Source: Formosa sp. Hel1_33_131 (GTDB lineage: Bacteria; Bacteroidota; Bacteroidia; Flavobacteriales; Flavobacteriaceae). From it: a DNA stretch of 32,000 nt. Both the position numbers and the translations under genes were made by a program. The DNA lies in contig NZ_CP017260.1 in assembly GCF_001735745.1 (NCBI RefSeq), forward strand, positions 2,100,001 to 2,132,000. The letters are read 5' to 3'. Below are positions 25,443 to 32,000 of the stretch, piece by piece. Every line of letters starts with the position of its first letter. Positions within the stretch are counted from its first letter, which is position 1. Under the pieces are notes generated by a model. The model saw only the letters and a program-made list of their open reading frames with translations, was not told where the DNA came from and made no database searches.

Positions 25443-26333
25443 ATGCTCTCTATCAAAACGTTAGAAAATATCCGTTTAAATACTCAGGTTTCATTGAAGC
25501 CAGATTATTTGATTCACCCTACAGTGTCGGGAAATAAATATAGAAAGCTAAAGTATAATTTACAGAAAGCCCAATCCGAGAATTATAAAGGTATTCTCAC
25601 CTTTGGTGGCGCATTTTCAAATCATATTGCGGCCACAGCGGCAGCAGGTCTGGCCTTAAAAATTCCTACGGTAGGGATTATTAGAGGGGATGAGTTAGCC
25701 TCAAAAATCGATTTGAATTCGACCTTGAAATATGCACAATCTTGCGGGATGCATTTAGAGTTTGTCTCACGATCGGTTTATAAACAAAAAACAGATCCAG
25801 CGTATTTAAAGACGCTTTTAGAAAGCTTTGAGAATTTCTATATCATACCTGAAGGGGGCACTAATGCGCTCGCTATTAAAGGCTGTGAAGAAATTTTAAC
25901 AGAAGAAGATCATGCTTTTGATACCATTTGTTGTGCCGTAGGAACGGGCGGTACCATCGCAGGGCTTATAAACTCGAGTTTACCCACCCAAAAAATTATT
26001 GGATTTCCAGCCCTTAAAGGCGGTTTTTTAAACGAAGATATTTGTAAATTTGCCACACAGTCTAATTGGGAATTGTGGGAAGCCTATCATTTTGGAGGCT
26101 ATGCCAAAGTGGATTCTAAATTAATAACATTTATGAACCACTTTAAAACCACTTTCAAGATTCCTTTAGACCCTGTTTATACCGCTAAAATGATGTATGG
26201 TATTTTTGATGCGATTCACACGGGTGAAATCCCAAAAGACGCCAAAGTTTTGGCAATTCATACGGGAGGATTGCAAGGCATAGAGGGAATGAATTTAAGA
26301 TTGAAACAAAAACAATTAGAAACAATAATTTAG
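25443..26333 (+). CDS. PLP-dependent enzyme of the ACC deaminase / D-cysteine desulfhydrase family
   Basis: GNKYRKLKYNL (PLP-lysine region), FGGAFSNHIAATAAAG, CAVGTGGTIAGL and HTGGLQG blocks. Length is 296 aa. Confidence 0.8.
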   Translation: MLSIKTLENIRLNTQVSLKPDYLIHPTVSGNKYRKLKYNLQKAQSENYKGILTFGGAFSNHIAATAAAGLALKIPTVGIIRGDELASKIDLNSTLKYAQSCGMHLEFVSRSVYKQKTDPAYLKTLLESFENFYIIPEGGTNALAIKGCEEILTEEDHAFDTICCAVGTGGTIAGLINSSLPTQKIIGFPALKGGFLNEDICKFATQSNWELWEAYHFGGYAKVDSKLITFMNHFKTTFKIPLDPVYTAKMMYGIFDAIHTGEIPKDAKVLAIHTGGLQGIEGMNLRLKQKQLETII

Positions 26334-26335
26334 AT

Positions 26336-27091
26336 ATGAACCGCATTATAACTTTTATTTTATTAGGATTTTTAGTTACCAGTTGTGGGTCGCGCAAAAA
26401 GGTGAAAGACCGACCAACTCCTCCAAAAGTGGTGGTCAAGGCTTCTAAAAAAACGCCTGTTATCAATAATACTTTGGAATACATTGCGTATTTCAAACAA
26501 GCTGCTGTCAAAGAAATGCAATTATTTGATATTCCAGCGAGTATCACTTTGGCACAAGGAATTTTAGAATCTGGATCTGGAAAAGGACGTTTGGCACGAT
26601 TGGCAAATAATCATTTTGGGATCAAATGCCACGATTGGACCGGCGCTCGCGTTTACCATGATGATGATAAAGATCAAGAATGTTTCAGGAAATACAAAGA
26701 CCCGAGTCAATCTTTTAGAGACCATTCGGAATTTTTAGCCTATCGTAAGCGCTATGCTGCATTGTTCAAATTAAGAAAAGATGATTATAAAGGATGGGCG
26801 AGAGGTCTCCGGAAAGCGGGCTATGCAACCGATCCAAAATACCCTCAAAAACTCATTTCTTTAATTGAGCGTTATGAGCTTTATAAATTTGATACAAAGT
26901 CAAAAAATTCACGTTCCAAAAAACAGACGACTTCCAAAACCACAAAAAAACGTCATACGATCAGAAAGGGCGATACGTTGTATTCCATTTCTAAATTATA
27001 CAATACGACAGTGGATGCGATCAAACGACAAAATAATCTCAAGTCAACAGATTTAACCATTGGGCAAAAACTTATCATTACTTCAAACTAA
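26336..27091 (+). CDS. Peptidoglycan hydrolase: N-acetylglucosaminidase domain plus C-terminal LysM, lipoprotein
   Basis: Lipobox GFLVTSCGS, a glucosaminidase block ([29 protein letters not shown] ... [18 protein letters not shown]), and LysM ([42 protein letters not shown]). Confidence 0.85.
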   Translation: MNRIITFILLGFLVTSCGSRKKVKDRPTPPKVVVKASKKTPVINNTLEYIAYFKQAAVKEMQLFDIPASITLAQGILESGSGKGRLARLANNHFGIKCHDWTGARVYHDDDKDQECFRKYKDPSQSFRDHSEFLAYRKRYAALFKLRKDDYKGWARGLRKAGYATDPKYPQKLISLIERYELYKFDTKSKNSRSKKQTTSKTTKKRHTIRKGDTLYSISKLYNTTVDAIKRQNNLKSTDLTIGQKLIITSN

Positions 27092-27095
27092 TTTC

Positions 27096-28382
27096 ATGAA
27101 ATACCAACGCAGTAGTCAATTATTCAGAGCCGCTTCGGAGGTGATTCCGGGGGGTGTTAATTCTCCAGTACGTGCTTTTAAAGCCGTTGGTGGAACGCCT
27201 ATTTTTGTAAACAAAGCGAAGGGTGCTTATTTGTATGATGCCGATGGCAACCGACTTATTGATTATATCAATTCTTGGGGGCCGATGGTTTTGGGGCATG
27301 CATTTCCACCTGTCATTGAGGCGGTCATAGAGAAAGCCCAATTGGGAACTTCTTTTGGAATGCCTACAGAAATTGAAACTAAAATAGCGGAATTGGCAGT
27401 GTCAATGGTGCCCAATATTGATCAAATTCGATTTGTGAATTCAGGAACTGAGGCCTGTATGAGTGCCGTGCGTTTGGCGCGTGGATTCTCAGGAAAAGAA
27501 AAAATCATCAAATTTGCAGGCTGTTACCATGGTCATTCAGATTCTTTTTTGATTCAAGCGGGGAGTGGTGCGGTTACTTTTGGAAGTCCTAACAGTCCAG
27601 GGGTGACGGAAGGCACTGCCAAAGACACGCTTCTAGCACCTTATAATAATTTAGAAGCCGTTGCTGCTATTTTTGAGGCCAACCCTTCTGAAATCGCGTG
27701 TATCATTGTGGAACCTGTTGCAGGAAATATGGGTTGTATTCCGCCAGATTCGGGATTTTTAGAAGGTCTTCGTGCCTTGTGTGATGCACATGGTTCTGTT
27801 TTAGTATTTGATGAGGTGATGACCGGTTTTCGTTTGGCACGCGGTGGGGTTCAAGAACTGTATGGCGTGAATGCGGATATTGTGTGTTTTGGAAAAGTGA
27901 TTGGGGGTGGATTGCCCGTTGGTGCTTTTGCAGCACGCCACGAAATTATGAGTCATTTAGCTCCTTTAGGTCCTGTGTATCAAGCAGGAACTTTGAGTGG
28001 GAATCCCTTAGCTATGGCGGCAGGTTATGCCATGTTGCAGGCTTTAGAGTCTGATGCGGAAGTTTTTGAACGCTTAGCTCAGAAAACAGAATACTTACAT
28101 AAAGGGATTGCAGCGAGTTTAACGGCTCATAACATCACACATACAATTAACCGAATAGGATCTATGATTTCGATTCATTTTTCTGAAACTCCAGTGGTCG
28201 ATTTTGAAACGGCTGCAGAAGGAAACAATGAACGTTTTAAAACCTTTTTTCATGGGCTTCTTGACGCGGGAATTTATATTGCACCCAGTGCTTTTGAAAC
28301 CTGGTTTATTACAGATGCATTAACCTACGAAGATTTGGACGAAACGATTGCGGCGGTTACCAAAATTGCTCCGAACTTATAA
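27096..28382 (+). CDS. hemL: Glutamate-1-semialdehyde 2,1-aminomutase
   Basis: ATG 27096 gives [33 protein letters not shown]. Further motifs are FDEVMTGFR and [13 protein letters not shown] (PLP-Lys region). The track start at 27060 overlaps the previous gene and is rejected. Confidence 0.93.
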   Translation: MKYQRSSQLFRAASEVIPGGVNSPVRAFKAVGGTPIFVNKAKGAYLYDADGNRLIDYINSWGPMVLGHAFPPVIEAVIEKAQLGTSFGMPTEIETKIAELAVSMVPNIDQIRFVNSGTEACMSAVRLARGFSGKEKIIKFAGCYHGHSDSFLIQAGSGAVTFGSPNSPGVTEGTAKDTLLAPYNNLEAVAAIFEANPSEIACIIVEPVAGNMGCIPPDSGFLEGLRALCDAHGSVLVFDEVMTGFRLARGGVQELYGVNADIVCFGKVIGGGLPVGAFAARHEIMSHLAPLGPVYQAGTLSGNPLAMAAGYAMLQALESDAEVFERLAQKTEYLHKGIAASLTAHNITHTINRIGSMISIHFSETPVVDFETAAEGNNERFKTFFHGLLDAGIYIAPSAFETWFITDALTYEDLDETIAAVTKIAPNL

Positions 28383-29150
28383 GGGTTTCAACACTAACTT
28401 TCGAATACCGACAAATACGATTATCAAGGCGGAGTAGCCAATAAAAAAGGGAATCACATAAGCTTCTAGTTGAAAGGCTAGCATGACTGCCATAAACAAA
28501 AGTTGAAATCCAAGGCCGTACATTGATACGAGTGTCATAAACCACTTTGGAAAAGGAGGACTGTCACTGGCGTTTTTATCCATATAATACATGATCTTGT
28601 CAAAGGTGATGTATAGAATATCGTAGATTTTATAAAATATATTCACCGTGCGTTGGCTTTCGCCTTTGAGTGCTTTTGGTGCTGCATCTTCAAAAATCCG
28701 ACTGGTGGAATCGCCTTCTACGGCGTTTCTTAAAATCACATAATAATAGTTGTACACCGTACCTTGTAATTGAATTCCAAAAAAGGCAATTAACATATAG
28801 ATTATAGAGCCTTCTGTGATGTGCCAAAAGGCGAGTAAGAAACAAAAATTAAGAACAAAATCGGCAATAGAGTCGTAGTAGCGCCCTGTATAAGATGGCG
28901 TATTTTTTAGTCGAGACAACTCTCCGTCGGCGGCGTCCAAAATAGATTTTAAGATGATAAAAAAGGCAGCTGTTTTGTAGTGTCCATTGAGCATACACCA
29001 AATAGCAATGAGCCCTGCAACAATAAAAAGTGTTGTCACATGAATTGGCGTCGCTCTCGTGTTTTTAAGTTGGCTCGCAATCCAATTGCCTGCAGTACGA
29101 CCGTAGTCGGATAAGTCTAAAAACTGGTATTGTTTTGGAAGTTTTGCCAT
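28377..29150 (-). CDS. CDP-alcohol phosphatidyltransferase family protein
   Basis: The signature D(x2)DG(x2)SR...G(x3)D(x3)D is present as [28 protein letters not shown]. It is a polytopic membrane protein. It overlaps convergent hemL by 6 bp. Confidence 0.85.
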   Translation of the reverse strand: MAKLPKQYQFLDLSDYGRTAGNWIASQLKNTRATPIHVTTLFIVAGLIAIWCMLNGHYKTAAFFIILKSILDAADGELSRLKNTPSYTGRYYDSIADFVLNFCFLLAFWHITEGSIIYMLIAFFGIQLQGTVYNYYYVILRNAVEGDSTSRIFEDAAPKALKGESQRTVNIFYKIYDILYITFDKIMYYMDKNASDSPPFPKWFMTLVSMYGLGFQLLFMAVMLAFQLEAYVIPFFIGYSALIIVFVGIRKLVLKPL

Positions 29151-29294
29151 GCCTAGCCGGTTGTAAATTGGTTAATTATATAAGCTCCCAAATGTACAAT
29201 CATTTTTTGGACTTTTATTTTACAAATATACCAGTCTAATGCGGCTTAAAATAAATGAGCACTGTTTAGTTGTGCGACTGTTTTAAGAAGGTTA

Positions 29295-29471
29295 CTATTT
29301 GGGGTCGTTCGTATTTCCCTTCTCTTGTTGATCTAAATAACTACCTATTCCACAGCCAATTGCGATACCTAAACTTAGCCATAACCCAATATTATCTGTC
29401 AGTGCGCCAATGATAACTCCAAAAGCGACTCCGTAAGCAGCCCCTAATGTTGTTTTTTTTTCGGGTTTCAT
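29295..29471 (-). CDS. Small glycine-zipper membrane protein (58 aa), below the ORF-track size cut-off
   Basis: Hand translation gives MKPEKKTTLGAAYGVAFGVIIGALTDNIGLWLSLGIAIGCGIGSYLDQQEKGNTNDPK*. It has an ATG start and a TAG stop. Two GxxxG-rich hydrophobic segments are flanked by charged termini. Confidence 0.5.
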   Translation of the reverse strand: MKPEKKTTLGAAYGVAFGVIIGALTDNIGLWLSLGIAIGCGIGSYLDQQEKGNTNDPK

Positions 29472-29643
29472 GTGTAAGTGTTTGTAAAATTTAACTGCTA
29501 AAGTAGGTAATGAAATAGAACTAGAAGAATCTTTCTCTTTTATTCTATTCTCAATCCCCCAAATACAATCCCCATGTTAGCATTAGTTGTTTTTAAAAAG
29601 CTATATATTTGTAGGTCTGCAGTTTTTGCAAGTTTTTATATTT

Positions 29644-30333
29644 ATGATGACGTCTTTAGAGAAAAAATTAAAAAACCCTGTGTGGTTCTCCTTAAAGGAG
29701 ACTCATAACAAGTTTATTATTGAATATGATGGTGTTCATTTTTACCATCCAGATGTCTGTACATTTGGGGCTTTTACGGATGTTACCAAAACTGCTAAGG
29801 CCTTAAATGAATATTCAAAATTATCTAAAAATTTCTTTTTAGTTTCAGAACATGAAACGCCGCTAATAGATAGCAATACCGTATTTCTAGAAAAAAAAAT
29901 TGATGGCTGCCAGATGGTTTTAGAGAATTTAGTCGCTATTGAAATCACAGAAAACATTGTTCCATTAACAGAACAACACATCGACGAGATTTATGAATTA
30001 ATATGGTTGGTGATGCCAGGGTATTATCAAAAAAAATCTTTTGATATGGGTAGTTTTTTTGGGATATTTAAGGATCAAAAGCTTGTTTCAATTTCGGGTC
30101 AACGTATGCAGTCAGATGATTTTATTGAGGTCAGTGCAGTGGTTACACATCCCGATTATAAAAGAAGAGGGTTTGCAAAACAGCTGGTTGCACATACCAC
30201 AAAAGAAATTTTAAAACAGCACAAACTTCCTGTTTTGCATACTGATAAAGGAAATACGGCCATACCGCTTTATGAAAAATTAGGTTATAAAATTAGTCGT
30301 GATATGAATTGGTGGCTTTATTGTAGCAAATGA
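29644..30333 (+). CDS. GNAT-family acetyltransferase (FR47-like two-domain type)
   Basis: The C-terminal acetyl-CoA-binding pattern is VVTHPDYKRRGFAKQLVAHTTKEIL ... LHTDKGNTAIPLYEKLGYK. ATG 29644 (MMTSLEKKL) is preferred over the TTG at 29587. Confidence 0.7.
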   Translation: MMTSLEKKLKNPVWFSLKETHNKFIIEYDGVHFYHPDVCTFGAFTDVTKTAKALNEYSKLSKNFFLVSEHETPLIDSNTVFLEKKIDGCQMVLENLVAIEITENIVPLTEQHIDEIYELIWLVMPGYYQKKSFDMGSFFGIFKDQKLVSISGQRMQSDDFIEVSAVVTHPDYKRRGFAKQLVAHTTKEILKQHKLPVLHTDKGNTAIPLYEKLGYKISRDMNWWLYCSK

Positions 30334-30340
30334 TTTCATT

Positions 30341-30994
30341 CCCTATATAAACCCTTTCTCTCTAGCCGAAACTATGAGTTGTCTATCATCTAGTTTTTTC
30401 ACATTGAACATACTTTTAAGGTTACGTTTTCTTTTTTCTATGCTTGCGATTGAAAGTGGTAATATATTTGGAAGGTCTTTCATTCGTGTGCCAATCGATA
30501 GCTCATACAATATTTTACGATCATAATTGTCCAGAATAAAATCATTTACAACTTGATCGCGAAGTAACTTTAACACTGTTTTGCTATAGTAAGGAGGGTC
30601 GTTGATTACAATGCGAATGGTTTCTAAAAGCTCAAGAGGTGTAATGTCATTTTTTATTAAAAGCCCTCCCTATATAAACCCTTTCTCTCTAGCCGAAACT
30701 ATGAGTTGTCTATCATCTAGTTTTTTCACATTGAACATACTTTTAAGGTTACGTTTTCTTTTTTCTATGCTTGCGATTGAAAGTGGTAATATATTTGGAA
30801 GGTCTTTCATTCGTGTGCCAATCGATAGCTCATACAATATTTTACGATCATAATTGTCCAGAATAAAATCATTTACAACTTGATCGCGAAGTAACTTTAA
30901 CACTGTTTTGCTATAGTAAGGAGGGTCGTTGATTACAATGCGAATGGTTTCTAAAAGCTCAAGAGGTGTAATGTCATTTTTTATTAAAAGCCCT
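30341..30994. repeat. Perfect tandem direct duplication, 2 x 327 bp
   Basis: By eye, 30341-30667 is identical base for base to 30668-30994. The unit covers the last 108 codons, the stop codon and 2 downstream nt of the response-regulator gene. The junction reads ...AAAAGCCCT|CCCTATATAA... Confidence 0.95.
30343..30669 (-). pseudogene. Duplicated 3' fragment of the response-regulator gene (receiver alpha5/linker plus LuxR-type HTH), without its own ATG
   Basis: It encodes GGLLIKNDITPLELLETIRIVINDPPYYSKTVLKLLRDQ...SAREKGFI*, identical to residues ~120-227 of the upstream gene. It is in frame immediately after that gene's TAG. The only possible independent start is GTG at 30576 (77 aa). Confidence 0.6.
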
Positions 30995-31353
30995 TCGGGG
31001 TTGATGTTTTTAAGAATATTATGTACACGAAAATTGTCGTTAAATGTGGTAGAAACTATGATTCTTGGATTCGGTAATTGGTCTCTTATGAGCAATCCCA
31101 AATCTTCACCTGAGAGAATTTCACCATCCCTTGATGGTGGTAACTTTATATCTAAAAACACTATGTATTTGTGCTCCTCTGATTTCAGAGCCCTCTTTAT
31201 TAGTAAACGTCCACTGTCACAATCATTCGCTGTTTTAATTGAAAAATCGACGGTCTCATTGTGTTTGCTGTAATAATCTAAAGCCGTGATGTATGCCTCT
31301 GTTATCAAGGGATGGTCATCTATGATGAGTACAAAATATTTTTTTGATTTCAT
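30670..31353 (-). CDS. Two-component response regulator, NarL/FixJ (LuxR-type HTH) family
   Basis: Receiver domain (VLIIDDHPLITEAY ... VFLDIKLPPS ... IIVSTTF) and a C-terminal LuxR HTH (DRKILYELSIGTRMKDLPNILPLSIASIEKRKRNLKSMF). It lies 11 nt downstream of the kinase gene. Confidence 0.9.
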   Translation of the reverse strand: MKSKKYFVLIIDDHPLITEAYITALDYYSKHNETVDFSIKTANDCDSGRLLIKRALKSEEHKYIVFLDIKLPPSRDGEILSGEDLGLLIRDQLPNPRIIVSTTFNDNFRVHNILKNINPEGLLIKNDITPLELLETIRIVINDPPYYSKTVLKLLRDQVVNDFILDNYDRKILYELSIGTRMKDLPNILPLSIASIEKRKRNLKSMFNVKKLDDRQLIVSAREKGFI

Positions 31354-31364
31354 ATTTATAAGAT

Positions 31365-32000
31365 TTATATAGGAATTTGGATTGTCAGTAGCGTGCCTTT
31401 AGTGGGTTCAGATAAAACTGTGAATACCCCCTTTAATTTTTTTATTCTGGATGTCATATTTTTCATGCCGATTCCTTTTCGTTTTTTTTTGCAATCGAAA
31501 CCAACCCCATCATCTTTAATTTTCATAATTATTTTGCTCTCATCAGTATCAAAGGATATAATTACATTTTTAGCTTGCGCGTGTTTAATGATGTTTTGTA
31601 AGGCCTCTTGTAAAATCCGGTATAGGTTTATTTTAATGATTTGGTTGACCTGTATCCAATCAATTGATTCGTCAGGATTGAGCTCAAATTTAAAGTCACC
31701 TAGTTTGCTATTTGTTTCTAAGACCTCATTAATAATAATCAAAAAATTAATTTGAGAGTTGTCAAAATTGTCACTTAATTCATGAGACACATCGCGTATT
31801 TCTTTTTCGATTGTTTGTAACTCATCTATATATAATTGATGTTGTTTTAATGTTTTTTTATCGCCTTCAATTGCTAAAAACCCAAGGTTCATTCGTGTTC
31901 CAAATAATTTACCCAACACACCATCATGCAATTCTTCTGAAATCCGATTGCGCTCTTTTATTTTTTCGTTTTCTAATTTTTCTTGTTGTTTTAAGCTGAT
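31365..32000 (-). CDS. Sensor histidine kinase, HisKA_3 / HATPase_c type (5'-truncated by window edge)
   Basis: The frame stays open to base 32000 (…ISLKQQEKLENEKIKERNRISEELHDGVLGKL), so the ORF-track Met at 31931 is internal. It has an H-box EELHDGV, an N-box QEALQNIIKHAQA, and G-boxes DDGVGFD and GIGMKNM. Confidence 0.88.
   Translation of the reverse strand: MSLKQQEKLENEKIKERNRISEELHDGVLGKLFGTRMNLGFLAIEGDKKTLKQHQLYIDELQTIEKEIRDVSHELSDNFDNSQINFLIIINEVLETNSKLGDFKFELNPDESIDWIQVNQIIKINLYRILQEALQNIIKHAQAKNVIISFDTDESKIIMKIKDDGVGFDCKKKRKGIGMKNMTSRIKKLKGVFTVLSEPTKGTLLTIQIPI

Noticed and set aside
30341-30994. Diversity-generating retroelement (template/variable repeat) explanation for the 327-bp repeat pair
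   Set aside because: The two copies are identical with no adenine-specific mismatches, they are directly adjacent, and no reverse transcriptase is nearby.
30602-31273. + strand ORFs 30602..30853 and 30929..31273 (both start MITMRMVSKSSRGVMSFFIKSP)
   Set aside because: They are antisense shadows of the response-regulator gene and its duplicated fragment. Their shared N-terminus only reflects the tandem duplication.

Overview
The window looks like a low-GC chromosomal segment from a Flavobacteriia-like bacterium. This is inferred from gene content: lpxB-surE, long-form hutU, POT peptide transporters, S9/S41 peptidases, a class II-like HMG-CoA reductase, and many lipoprotein or signal-peptide N-termini. 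About 27 kb is ordinary housekeeping: PpiD-like PPIase, a mevalonate-pathway pair, DPP-IV with two POT transporters, ComEC, lpxB, surE, Ctp peptidase, an ABC permease, hutU, hemL, a CDP-alcohol phosphatidyltransferase, and a HisKA_3 kinase/NarL-type regulator pair. No rRNA, tRNA, CRISPR array, transposase or integrase was recognised. Three things stand out. (1) A roughly 4.1 kb AT-rich accessory island (about 1580-5700) holds four unrelated same-strand units: an OM beta-barrel protein, a membrane-anchored unknown, a wHTH-Fic protein with a Gln replacing the catalytic His, and ParDE. Each unit is followed by a member of one modular repeat family, including a 74/74-identical core. This layout resembles a cassette array (integron/CALIN-like), but no recombinase and no canonical core sites are visible. 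It is the best candidate for something undescribed. (2) A perfect 327-bp tandem duplication covers the 3' part of the response-regulator gene and places a second HTH copy in frame behind the stop codon. (3) An (ATTAACCA)4.4 microsatellite abuts the start codon of the second POT transporter. All functional calls come from reading the translated ORFs and motifs. No database search was possible.
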